From assembly GCA_035498555.1 (NCBI GenBank), contig DATKAB010000093.1:27675-91674 (forward strand): a stretch of DNA of 64,000 nt. The letters run 5' to 3'. Each line of letters begins with the position of its first letter. Positions within the stretch are counted from its first letter, which is position 1. Shown in pieces: positions 31,603 through 40,714 of this stretch. Source of the stretch: Candidatus Sulfotelmatobacter sp. (GTDB taxonomy: Bacteria > Eisenbacteria > RBG-16-71-46). A model generated the notes under the pieces. The model was not told the origin of the DNA. It was given only the letters and a program-made list of their open reading frames with translations, and made no database searches. A program made the translations under genes and the position numbers.

Positions 31603-33750
31603 TCATGCGTTCCAGAGGCCGCTCTCATCCTCGATCCCAGGCACCACGAAGCGGACCGCCGGGTCTCCCGGCAGGCGCTCCAGAACCTCGCCCGACTGGA
31701 GCAGGCTGACTCTCAACTCCGCCTCGTCACCCGGCTCGATGCCCGCCTGCTCGAGCGGGATCGCGATCTCGAGCACCTGAGCCAGCACGGCGCGCGCTCC
31801 GGGTGACGGCTCGATCGCCGGACGGTCGTCGGCGGCACCCAGCACCGGCCGCTCGCCGGCCACCAGCCCCTGGACCCTCAGCCGGCGTGTCCCCTTTGCC
31901 CGGATCTCGATTTCGAGGTCCACGCCCGGCCCGGGTGGCGCGCCGCCAGCGAAATCCACCCTCAGGTGGAGCTGCCGGGCGTCGGCGCCAAAGTACAGGT
32001 CCTTCACGCGGCTCACGGCCCGATGCATGGCGCCGCCCGAGTCGAAGCTCAGCCGCCCGGCGGCCCGCCATTCGTAGTAGCTGGTGGCGCGGCCGTCCAC
32101 GATCGGCTCGACGAATCCCAGCGGGTCGAGCTGCGCCCTGGCCCTGGCGGCGGCCGCCGGCACGATCGGCACCCGGAGCCAGGCCGGAGCCCGCTGACCA
32201 CGCGCTTCATAAACTGCTTGAAGGTGCTCGCGGAAGATATGATCGAACAGCGCGCGATCGGGCGTGAAGTGATCGACACCCAGCCACCAGAACCAGTCCG
32301 AACCTTCGGCGGAATCGAGCTCGCTCCAGGCCGCCGGCTGGGATTCCACGCTCGACCCCGACGCGACGAGATCCTCGCGCGTGCGCGCGAGCAGCTCCCA
32401 GGCCCGATTCTTCTCAGGATGTCCGATCCAGACGTGGAAATCGGCGTCGATCCAGGAGCCGGTGTAGAGATTCTCGAGCCGCGGCCAGCTGCGCGGCCGC
32501 GCGAGAACCTCGGACGGCGTCACCGTGGCGATCTCGCCCGCGGCCTCGAGCCCCTGGTAGAGGGCGTCCAGGAACGGGCCGCCGTCGCCCGGGTAGTGCT
32601 CCCAGCAATTCTCGCCATCCAGGATCACGCTCACGATCGGGGGCGTCTCCCCCGGATGCTCGCGGCCGATTCGCTTCACGCGCCCGATGAAGTCGCTGGC
32701 GGCATCGCCCGGATCCCAGTGGTGATAGACGAAGCCGATGCGATCCGAGAGCTCGTGATCGCGGAAGAAGATCGCGACTTCGCCGCCACCGGCCGGAAAC
32801 TTCCAGGGCTGGTAGAGGCTCTCGCGCTTCCGCGCTTCGGCGGGCAGGGATTGCCAGAGAATCGCCTCGTCGGTCGCCATCCAGGCGAGACCGGCTTCCG
32901 CGACCAGCGCGGCCGCTTCGGGACTCACGCTGCCCTCCGGCGGCCAGATCCCGCGCGGCGGTGCCCCGAAGACTTCCTCGTGCCGCGCCAGCGCGCGCTG
33001 CAGCTGCCGGCGCGCGTCGTCGGGGGCCTTCAGTCCGAGCGCCGGCAGGTGGACGTCGGGCCGCGACCGACTGGCCGACGAGGTGTCGATCAACAACGGC
33101 AGGATCGGATGCGCGTACGGCGAGGTCGAAAGCTCGAGCTGGCCGCGCTCGGCGAGCCGGCGGTAGGCCGGCAGCACATCGGCGAGCAGCCGGCGATGGA
33201 GCGCGAGCAGCCCGTCCCGCTCGGCCGCGCCGGGCGGGTCCGCGGCCAGCGCCCGCGCCGCCTCGGGCTCGCCATGAAACATCGGGTCGAGCCACGCGAG
33301 CAGGAACCAGGCCTCGAGCGCAGCCTGATCGCGGGCCGTCCAGCCGCGCGAGAGCGCGCCCGCGCGGCGCGCGCGCTGCAGCCGCCGGCGGAGATCGCCG
33401 TAGCGGGGCCAGCGCTCGCCGAACCCGGGCGGCGTCACTGAACAGCGTTCCGCGAGCTCGGCGAGATCGGCGGGCGTGCGCTCGCCAGCGGGCCGGGCGA
33501 GCAGCTCGAACAGGGCGTCGCGCCCGCCGCGGCGGGCGTCCTCGAGCTGATCGATCAGCGAAGGCACGAAGTTGAAGGTCGCCTTGAGCCGCGGATGGCG
33601 CTCCAGCCGGAGCGCCATGTCGAGATAATCCTTGGTGGCGTGCAGTCGCACCCAGGGAAGCAGCGATCGGCCTTCACGAGGACTGCGGTAGTCGGGCTGG
33701 TGATGGTGCCAGAGGAACAGCAGCTCGACGCGCGATTCGGGTGCGTTCAC
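31603..33750 (-). CDS. Glycoside hydrolase family 57 protein (alpha-amylase / 4-alpha-glucanotransferase / branching-enzyme family) with a long C-terminal extension
   Basis: LWHHHQP and HATKDY GH57 signature blocks. Confidence 0.85.
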   Translation of the reverse strand: MNAPESRVELLFLWHHHQPDYRSPREGRSLLPWVRLHATKDYLDMALRLERHPRLKATFNFVPSLIDQLEDARRGGRDALFELLARPAGERTPADLAELAERCSVTPPGFGERWPRYGDLRRRLQRARRAGALSRGWTARDQAALEAWFLLAWLDPMFHGEPEAARALAADPPGAAERDGLLALHRRLLADVLPAYRRLAERGQLELSTSPYAHPILPLLIDTSSASRSRPDVHLPALGLKAPDDARRQLQRALARHEEVFGAPPRGIWPPEGSVSPEAAALVAEAGLAWMATDEAILWQSLPAEARKRESLYQPWKFPAGGGEVAIFFRDHELSDRIGFVYHHWDPGDAASDFIGRVKRIGREHPGETPPIVSVILDGENCWEHYPGDGGPFLDALYQGLEAAGEIATVTPSEVLARPRSWPRLENLYTGSWIDADFHVWIGHPEKNRAWELLARTREDLVASGSSVESQPAAWSELDSAEGSDWFWWLGVDHFTPDRALFDHIFREHLQAVYEARGQRAPAWLRVPIVPAAAARARAQLDPLGFVEPIVDGRATSYYEWRAAGRLSFDSGGAMHRAVSRVKDLYFGADARQLHLRVDFAGGAPPGPGVDLEIEIRAKGTRRLRVQGLVAGERPVLGAADDRPAIEPSPGARAVLAQVLEIAIPLEQAGIEPGDEAELRVSLLQSGEVLERLPGDPAVRFVVPGIEDESGLWNA

Positions 33751-33786
33751 GGCTCTCCCCCGGCGGCGCCTAAGGGTGGGACCGGC

Positions 33787-34452
33787 TCAGGGGTGCGCGG
33801 CGAGCTCCGCGGCCTCGATGCGCGCCTCTCGCGCGTAGGACGTATCGCCGAACTCGCCGGCGATCCGCTCGAGATGTTTCCGCGCCCCGTCCTTGTCCCC
33901 GGCGAGACGCAGGCAGCGGGCCGCTGCCGCCAGGAATTCGGCCGAGGACTCGCGGTCGAACTTGCCGACCAGCGAGTCGTAGCTCTTGGCGGCCTCGACG
34001 TACTGGTGGTCGTTCTCCAGCGCGTAGGCGAGGCTCCGGGTCGCGGCATCGGCCAGCAGGCCGGGCGACTGCCGCGACAGATAGCGCCGATACTCGGCGA
34101 TCGCGGTCTTGAAATCCGAGTTCCAGAACGACGCGTCGCCCACCAGCCGGTGCGCGTCGTTCCCGCTCGCCGTGTTGGGGTACTGCTCCGCCACCTGCTT
34201 CGCGAGCTGGCCCGCGCGGCCCAGATCGCTCTGGAAATACGCGAGCGTCGCCTCGGCGAGCTTGCCCGCGGCCTGGTCCTCGGCGGTGCGTCGCGCGCGC
34301 AGCATGAAGAACGCTCCCACTCCGATCACGGCGAGCGCGCCCAGCACGATCAGCGAGGTCTGACCGTAGCGGTTCCAGTAGTCGGTAAGCTGGTCCAGAA
34401 GGTCGGCGCCCGGATCTTCAAGTCGAGCCTTCTGTCTGGACTCTAATGCCAA
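33787..34452 (-). CDS. Membrane-anchored TPR-repeat protein (YfgM-like)
   Basis: A single TM after a short N-terminal region and TPR-like helical repeats. TTG start 6 nt after GGAGG. The longer ATG start at 34536 is possible. Confidence 0.55.
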   Translation of the reverse strand: MALESRQKARLEDPGADLLDQLTDYWNRYGQTSLIVLGALAVIGVGAFFMLRARRTAEDQAAGKLAEATLAYFQSDLGRAGQLAKQVAEQYPNTASGNDAHRLVGDASFWNSDFKTAIAEYRRYLSRQSPGLLADAATRSLAYALENDHQYVEAAKSYDSLVGKFDRESSAEFLAAAARCLRLAGDKDGARKHLERIAGEFGDTSYAREARIEAAELAAHP

Positions 34453-34571
34453 GTGGAACCTCCGGTTGGGACGATTCGGGCGGCCGGACACGCGGAGCCG
34501 CGCGCGCGAGAGGACGGCAGAAGGTACCGGCTGCACATCGGGGCGTCAAGCAGCACGCGCGGTCGCCCCGT

Positions 34572-35744
34572 TCATCCGCAGCGCGGACATCCGATCGAGC
34601 CGTGGACCCGCACCAGCATCTCCGCGGGAGAGCCGCAGGTCGGACAGGCCGGCAGGGCGGGACGCCCGCGCGCCACGTCCACCAGGCTGTGGACGCGCAC
34701 GTGCATGGCGCCGGCCTTCACTTCCTGCTCGAGATCAGCAACCGGCCACGACCACTCCTCGAGTCCCCACAGTCGCACTTCCGAGCGGATCGCCCATCGC
34801 TGCCGGACCTCGGCCGCGCGGCGCTCCCACTCGAGCTTGAGCGACGTGGCGTCACCCCCTTCGAGCTCCGTCTCCTCGCTCGAGGTGCGACGGCGCAGCC
34901 GCTCCTCCTCCTCCTCGATGCGCGCCGAGAAGAAACCACCGAGCCGCGAGAGTTCGTCGTCACGATGGCGCGCGATCTCGCGCTCCCACTCGCGCTCGCG
35001 TTCCTGGACCAGCGCCTCCAGGTGCCGGCGCGCGTTCGCCATCCACGCGTCCTTGCGATCGTCGGTCAGCGAGTCGCTGATCTGGTAGAGCCCTTCGCGA
35101 GTTCGCAGGTCGGGAAGCTCATAACCGCGCGCAGCCTCGACCAACCGTCCATCCGAATCGATCAGCACCACCCACGACTCCTGCGACGGCAGTCCGCCCC
35201 AGCGCGTCATCACGGCGTGGAAGGCCAGCCGGCGCTCGTAGCGCACCGGACCGAGCCGCGGCGGCCCCCACGACAATCCGCGCACGCGACAGACCGTGGC
35301 GATGCCGGTCTCGGGCGCCCCCGGCACCCGCGCGAGCGCGGTGCGTCGCGTACACAACGGCTCTTCGAGCGCCGCCTCGAGCAGCTTCCGCCCGCCGAGG
35401 CTGCCGGGCGCGGTGTACCAGGCGCCGCGCGGCAACGTCGGGCGCTGCGCGTCGAACACCATCCGCACGCGGTGGCGCCGCCACTTTCGCTGCAGCCACG
35501 GTGAGAGCTCGACCTCCCAGTCGCCGCGCGCCGCGTCGCTCACCGCGCAGCCCACCGACTCGAGCCAGCGTCCCACGAAGTCGCGCCAGCCCTCGGGCGG
35601 CCCGATGGTCGCGGCGGCGGCGAGCGCCTCGGAAACGCGCGCGGCTTCGCCGTTGGCCCCGGCCGGCGCCGCCAGCCCGGACACCTTCGGGGCCGGCTTC
35701 GCGTTGCGGCGCCTGCGCGCGGGCGGCTCGAGGGTCGTGGTCAC
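34572..35744 (-). CDS. Uncharacterised 390-aa protein: basic N-terminus, acidic coiled-coil, C-terminal C4 zinc ribbon (CPTC-x17-CPRC). Translationally coupled to the SNF2 helicase
   Basis: GTG start overlaps the helicase TGA (GTGA). Real-protein-like composition; it was recovered from the C-terminal third of a 1105-aa wrong-frame ORF. Confidence 0.6.
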   Translation of the reverse strand: MTTTLEPPARRRRNAKPAPKVSGLAAPAGANGEAARVSEALAAAATIGPPEGWRDFVGRWLESVGCAVSDAARGDWEVELSPWLQRKWRRHRVRMVFDAQRPTLPRGAWYTAPGSLGGRKLLEAALEEPLCTRRTALARVPGAPETGIATVCRVRGLSWGPPRLGPVRYERRLAFHAVMTRWGGLPSQESWVVLIDSDGRLVEAARGYELPDLRTREGLYQISDSLTDDRKDAWMANARRHLEALVQEREREWEREIARHRDDELSRLGGFFSARIEEEEERLRRRTSSEETELEGGDATSLKLEWERRAAEVRQRWAIRSEVRLWGLEEWSWPVADLEQEVKAGAMHVRVHSLVDVARGRPALPACPTCGSPAEMLVRVHGSIGCPRCG

Positions 35745-37714
35745 GACTCGTCCTTCTCGAGCGTCGGGTAGAGCCAGCTCTGCTGGTCCTTCTGGGTCTG
35801 GTACAGCTTGCGGGCCACCATCAGGTTCTGCGCCAGCTCGGCGAAACGCCGCTTGCGCGAGGCCGGCGTGCGGCCTTCGATCCAGCGGCGGAAGACCTCG
35901 TCCTCGAACGAGCCGTGCGGCTGCCAGGCGCCGAGGATCTCCTCCATCTCGCCCACCACCAGCTCGAACATGCGGATCTTGCGGTCGAGGATCTCGAGCA
36001 CATAGGCCTCGATGGTGCCGCGCGCGGCGAGGTTGATCACGCGCACCGGATGCTGCTGGCCGAGCCGGTGCACGCGCCCGATGCGCTGCTCGACCCGCAT
36101 CGGATTCCATGGCAGGTCGTAGTTGATCACGATCCGGCAGTACTGGAGATTGCGCCCCTCCCCGCCCGCCTCGGTGCTCACCAGCACCGGCGCGGCCTGG
36201 CGGAAGTACTCGAGCGCCTCTTCCTTCTCGCGCCAGCCCAGCTCGCCGTGGAACACGGCCGGCTCGATGCCGGTCGCTCGCAGCGCCTCGACCAGCGTGT
36301 CCTGGGTGGCGCGGAACTGGGTGAAGACGATCGCCTTCTCGCCGCGGAGCGAGGCGATGCAGCGCAGCAGCGACTTCACCTTGCTCGGGGTCTGGCTGGC
36401 GACGTCGGCCCGCGCCGCCAGCTGCTTCAGGCGCCGCGAATCGAGCCCGTCGGGATTCTGGCTCAGACGCTCGAGCGTGGCGCGCGCCGCCGCCCACGAG
36501 GAACCCATCTCCTTCTGCAGCACCATCAGCGTGAAGTAGTGCGGACGTCCGGGCTGACCGGTGTCGCCCTTGACGGCCTCGGCGACGAAATCGCTCACCT
36601 CGCGATAGAGCGCCCGTTCCGGCGGCGTCTGCGCCACCCACAGCGTCTCGACGCCCCGCGGCGCGAACACCAGGTTGGTGTCGGCGCGCCGCGTCCTCAC
36701 CATCACTGACTCGAGCAGCGCTCGCAGTCGCGGCGCGTTGCGCGGCGTGCGCTTGTCGTGGCCGGTCAGGAAGTCCCGCCGGAACTGCGAGAATGTGCCG
36801 ACCGTGCCGGGACGCACCAGCGTCACCAGGTTGTAGAGCTCGCGTAGATCGTTCTGCACCGGCGTGGCGGTGAGCAGCAGCAGGAAGCGCGGGTTCAGGT
36901 CGTTCACGAACTTCCAGCCGAGCGTGAGGTGATTGCGCAGCCGGTGGGCTTCGTCCACCACCACCAGATCGTAGTTGGCGCCGCGCACGCGCCGCCGGTG
37001 CCGCTCGTGGCGAGCGGTCTCGAGCGACGAGATCACCAGCGGATGGCGGCCCCACAGGCCGGCCGGACCGCGCGACACCACGAACTCGAGTTCGAACTTC
37101 TCCCACAGCTCGGCCCGCCACTGTTCGCACAGTGAAGCCGGGACCAGGACCAGCACGGTGCGCACGGCGCCGCGCAGCAGGTACTCCTTGATCACGATCC
37201 CGGCCTCGATGGTCTTGCCGAGTCCGACCTCGTCGGCCAGGATCGCACGGCCGTTCAGGTCCCGCATGGCCTTCAGGCAGGCGCGAATCTGATGGGCGAA
37301 ACGCTCCACGCCGCGCAGCGAGTCGAGCGACACCAGCCGCTCGGTCCCGGCCCAGTCGGACCAACGCTCGGCATCGGTGCGCAGCTGATAGTGGGAGAGC
37401 GGCGCGATCTCGCCCGCTCGCCAGCGATCGAGCAGCGCCTGGGTCTGCGGATGCCACACGCGCGTGATCGGCTCGCTGCCGGTCGCGGCCGGCAGCGTCT
37501 CGGTGCGGGCGCCGTCGAGCGCGGCGGCGCCCGGTCGCGAGGCGTCGAGCACCTCCCACTCGCGCTGCGTCGAGAGACGGCGCAGCTTGCCGTCGAACAC
37601 CACTTCGAGGACCTCGCGCCCGCGGTCGGTGTGCACCTCCACCACCAGGCCCTCGCCGAACTGCGGATGGCGCAGCCGCTGTCCGACCTGGTAGCGAATC
37701 GCCGTCAGTTCCAC
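35741..37714 (-). CDS. SNF2-family DEAD/H helicase-like ATPase (RapA/HepA-like) with N-terminal Tudor-like (UvrD-CTD-like) domain
   Basis: Motifs: LADEVGLGKT (motif I), VVDEAH (II), TATPVQN (III) and QRIGRVHRLGQ (VI). N-terminal GQRLRHPQFGEGLVVEV resembles the UvrD C-terminal RNAP-binding Tudor motif GQRVRHAKFGEGTIV. Confidence 0.9.
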   Translation of the reverse strand: MELTAIRYQVGQRLRHPQFGEGLVVEVHTDRGREVLEVVFDGKLRRLSTQREWEVLDASRPGAAALDGARTETLPAATGSEPITRVWHPQTQALLDRWRAGEIAPLSHYQLRTDAERWSDWAGTERLVSLDSLRGVERFAHQIRACLKAMRDLNGRAILADEVGLGKTIEAGIVIKEYLLRGAVRTVLVLVPASLCEQWRAELWEKFELEFVVSRGPAGLWGRHPLVISSLETARHERHRRRVRGANYDLVVVDEAHRLRNHLTLGWKFVNDLNPRFLLLLTATPVQNDLRELYNLVTLVRPGTVGTFSQFRRDFLTGHDKRTPRNAPRLRALLESVMVRTRRADTNLVFAPRGVETLWVAQTPPERALYREVSDFVAEAVKGDTGQPGRPHYFTLMVLQKEMGSSWAAARATLERLSQNPDGLDSRRLKQLAARADVASQTPSKVKSLLRCIASLRGEKAIVFTQFRATQDTLVEALRATGIEPAVFHGELGWREKEEALEYFRQAAPVLVSTEAGGEGRNLQYCRIVINYDLPWNPMRVEQRIGRVHRLGQQHPVRVINLAARGTIEAYVLEILDRKIRMFELVVGEMEEILGAWQPHGSFEDEVFRRWIEGRTPASRKRRFAELAQNLMVARKLYQTQKDQQSWLYPTLEKDES

Positions 37715-39111
37715 AGCGCGAACTCCTCGTTGAGGTGCGGCACCGAAACCGAGCAGCCGATCTTGTTGCGTAGCAGGGCCGCAAGAGTCTCCGCCGGCTC
37801 GGGCTCGCCATGGACCAGGAAGATGCGTTGCGGTTTCGGATCGAGGCGCGCCACCCAGCCGACCAGCTCGCTCTGGTCGGCGTGCGCACTGAAGCCGTCG
37901 AGGCCGGCGATCTCGGCGCGGACGCGAACCCCCTCGCCCAGGATGTTCACGGTCTCGGCGCCTTCACGCAGCCGCCGGCCCAGGGTGCCCTCGCCCTGGA
38001 AGCCGACGAACAACACCGTGTTGCTGGGATTGCCGAGTCCGTGCTGCAGGTGGTGGAGGATGCGTCCGCCCTCGCACATGCCCGAAGCCGACACGATGAT
38101 CATGGGTCCGCGCGCGTCGTTGAGTGCGCGAGACTCGTCGGGCGTGCCGATGTAGCGAAGCCGCTCGAAGCCGAACGGTTCGCCGCGGGTTTCGCTGAAG
38201 ACACGGCGCGTCGGTTCGTCGAAGCATTCGGGATGATGGCGAAACACCTCGGTCGCCTTCTGCGCCATCGGACTGTCGACGTAGATCGGCAGACTGGGAA
38301 TCGCGCCGCGCGTCATCAGCCCGTGGATCGTCACCACGACTTCCTGGGTGCGGCCGACGGCGAACGCCGGCATCATGACCCGTCCGCCCCGCTCGGCGGT
38401 GCGGCGGATCACCTCGGTCAGTTCGCGCTCGGTGACAGCCGCGTCGGGATGGAGGCGGTCGCCGTAAGTGCTCTCGAGCACCAGCGCGTCCACTCCCGGA
38501 TGCACTTCGGGATCCCGCAGGATGGGCCGGTGCGGGCGACCGAGATCTCCGCTCATGCCGAGACGGAACCGTCGGCCGGCGTCGTCGAACTCGAAGACGG
38601 TGAGCGCCGAGCCCAGGATGTGGCCGGCGTCGAACGCCTCGACGCTCGCGCCGGGAAACAGCGTCCAGCGCTGGTGGTAGCCGGGATCGCGGAACAACTC
38701 CAGCGTGCGCGTCATGTCCTCGACGGTGTAGAGCGGCCGGCGCGGAGGCCGGCCGTGTACGTGCCGATTGACGTGCTCGACGTCTCGCTCCATGAGATAG
38801 GCGCTGTCGGCAAGCATCACCCGCGCGAGATCGACGGTGGCCGGCGTGGCGTAGATCGGGCCGCGGAATCCGCGCGACACCAGCGTCGGCAGATTGCCGG
38901 TGTGGTCGAGATGGGCGTGCGAGACCACCACCGCGTCCAATTCCGCCGGCTCGAACCGAAAGCTGCGATTCACGCGTTCCGCCTCATCCCGATGCCCCTG
39001 GTACAACCCGCAATCGAACAGCCACGACTTGTCGCCCCACCGGATCCGATGGCGCGACCCGGTGACGGTCCGGGCGGCGCCTTCGAAGGAGATGCGGAGC
39101 GAGGGACTCAT
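37705..39111 (-). CDS. Beta-CASP-family MBL-fold metallo-hydrolase (RNase J / CPSF73 / TTHA0252-like nuclease)
   Basis: HAHLDHTG (motif 2), ESTYGD (beta-CASP motif A), SAHAD (motif B) and LVHGEPE (motif C). The stop overlaps the helicase start by 10 nt. The ATG overlaps the upstream OMP stop. Confidence 0.85.
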   Translation of the reverse strand: MSPSLRISFEGAARTVTGSRHRIRWGDKSWLFDCGLYQGHRDEAERVNRSFRFEPAELDAVVVSHAHLDHTGNLPTLVSRGFRGPIYATPATVDLARVMLADSAYLMERDVEHVNRHVHGRPPRRPLYTVEDMTRTLELFRDPGYHQRWTLFPGASVEAFDAGHILGSALTVFEFDDAGRRFRLGMSGDLGRPHRPILRDPEVHPGVDALVLESTYGDRLHPDAAVTERELTEVIRRTAERGGRVMMPAFAVGRTQEVVVTIHGLMTRGAIPSLPIYVDSPMAQKATEVFRHHPECFDEPTRRVFSETRGEPFGFERLRYIGTPDESRALNDARGPMIIVSASGMCEGGRILHHLQHGLGNPSNTVLFVGFQGEGTLGRRLREGAETVNILGEGVRVRAEIAGLDGFSAHADQSELVGWVARLDPKPQRIFLVHGEPEPAETLAALLRNKIGCSVSVPHLNEEFALWN

Positions 39112-39719
39112 CAGAACCCGGCGTAGAAGACGAGTCCCGCGGAGGCCGTGATCAGCTGGTTCGTCGAACCATTCTGGAAGATGAGCTCGTAGTGCGCGTT
39201 CAGATCGAGCCCGAAGGCCTGAACGAAAAAGCGCTCGAGTCCCACTCCCAGCATCACGAAGCCTCCGTCGCCCACATCGTTTCCGCCCAGCTTCTCCTCT
39301 CCGTCGTTCAGCTTCTTGCTGACCTGAGTGATCCCGAACCCCGCGCTGATCATGCGCGTGGTCTTGCCCTCGGTGCCGAACAATTGATAGAACTCGGCCC
39401 CGGTGTTGATGAGCGTCACGGTGTGGTCGGCGAACGTGGTGTCGGCGTTGTGCCGCACGGTGTAATCGCAGCGCTCGAACGAGATTCCGATCGCCCGCTC
39501 GTACTGCATGCGATAGCGGACGCGCACGCCCAACCCTCCCCCGGCGCCGAATTCGGAGCCCAGCCCTCCCCCGCTCAGGAACGAGCCGTACTGGCCGTCG
39601 ATCGCGACCCCGATCTGCCCGGGCCGCGGCGGCACCACGATCCACGCGGCGTGGGCGGCGGCGGCCGCCATCAGAGTCATCAGGAACAGCCCGGTCCCGA
39701 GCCACCGACTTCCCCTCAT
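39111..39719 (-). CDS. Small outer-membrane beta-barrel protein (OmpA-TM/OmpW-like)
   Basis: Signal peptide with AHA cleavage. Alternating amphipathic beta-strands with a C-terminal aromatic (…VFYAGF). AGGAG RBS. Start overlaps the xerD stop (ATGA). Confidence 0.65.
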   Translation of the reverse strand: MRGSRWLGTGLFLMTLMAAAAAHAAWIVVPPRPGQIGVAIDGQYGSFLSGGGLGSEFGAGGGLGVRVRYRMQYERAIGISFERCDYTVRHNADTTFADHTVTLINTGAEFYQLFGTEGKTTRMISAGFGITQVSKKLNDGEEKLGGNDVGDGGFVMLGVGLERFFVQAFGLDLNAHYELIFQNGSTNQLITASAGLVFYAGF

Positions 39720-40714
39720 TCGTTTCTCCTTGCCCCGGCGGCCCCTGACCCGGCCGCCGCCCGCTTCCCGCGCGGATGGAATTCCCGGTGCACTTCCCGC
39801 AGATACGCCCGGTCGAGATGGGTGTAGATCGACGTGGTGGTGACGTTCGCGTGTCCCATCAGCTCCTGCACCACGCGCAGATCCGCCCCGCCCTGCAGCA
39901 GGTGCGTGGCGAACGAGTGGCGCAGCGCGTGCGGATGGACGCGAGTGGAGATCCCGGCGGCCCGCGCCCGAGCGCGCAGCAGTTTCCAGAACCCCATCCG
40001 CGACATCGGCCCGCCGCGCGCGTTCACGAACAACGTGTCGTGACGGGCCCGAGGCGCGAGCAGCGGCCGGCCACGCTCCAGGTAGGCCCGCAGCCAGCGC
40101 GCCGCCTCACGCCCGAACGGCACCTGGCGCTGCTTGTTGCCCTTCCCCACCACGGTCACCACCTGCTCGCCGAGATGAATCCCCGCGCATTGCAGCGTCA
40201 GCAGTTCGCTGACCCGCAGCCCCGAGGCGTACGCCAGCTCGAGCATCGCCCGGGTGCGCAGCTCGAGCGGCGAGGCTTCGCCGTCGCGCGCCAGCAGCGA
40301 CTCGATCTCGTCGGGGGCGAGCGCCGCCGGCAGCCGCCGCTCGCTGCGCGCCGGTGGGAGCTCGAGCAGGAAATCGGCGGGCAGGATTCCCTCCCGCACC
40401 AGGAACGTGTGGAAGCGACCGAGCGCGGAGCGCCGTCGCATCAGCGTGTTGCGCGCGCGACGGGCCCTGAAGAGCGAGGCCAGGTAGGCATCGAGCACGG
40501 TGCGGGTGAGCGAGCGCCATTCGCCGACACCGTGCGCGGCGGCGAACACCGCGTAGTCGAGGGCGTCGCGCCGGTAAGCATCCAGGGTGTTCTCGCTCAG
40601 TCGCCGGCCCTTGCGCAGAACTTCGAGCCAGCCCTCGATCGCCGGCAGCAACGGACTTCCCGCCAGCCGCTCGGCCAGCGGCCGCTCGCGTGTCGCGCGC
40701 CGGACCGCCGTCAC
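39716..40714 (-). CDS. xerD: Tyrosine recombinase XerD/XerC
   Basis: 332 aa with RHSFATHLL, HxxR and the catalytic Y (LGHANVTTTSIYTH). GTG after GGAGG. The start overlaps the uvrC TGA. Confidence 0.85.
   Translation of the reverse strand: MTAVRRATRERPLAERLAGSPLLPAIEGWLEVLRKGRRLSENTLDAYRRDALDYAVFAAAHGVGEWRSLTRTVLDAYLASLFRARRARNTLMRRRSALGRFHTFLVREGILPADFLLELPPARSERRLPAALAPDEIESLLARDGEASPLELRTRAMLELAYASGLRVSELLTLQCAGIHLGEQVVTVVGKGNKQRQVPFGREAARWLRAYLERGRPLLAPRARHDTLFVNARGGPMSRMGFWKLLRARARAAGISTRVHPHALRHSFATHLLQGGADLRVVQELMGHANVTTTSIYTHLDRAYLREVHREFHPRGKRAAAGSGAAGARRNE

Noticed and set aside
34572-37889. 1105-aa ORF on the minus strand
   Set aside because: Over most of its length it is an Arg/Ala-rich alternate frame overlapping the SNF2 helicase gene. 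Only its last 390 codons (34572-35744) look like a real protein. A GTG at the helicase stop gives a proper GTGA-coupled start.
37705-39705. 666-aa version of the beta-CASP gene
   Set aside because: The first ~198 codons are Arg-rich and overlap the OM beta-barrel gene. Homology and an ATG begin at 39111.
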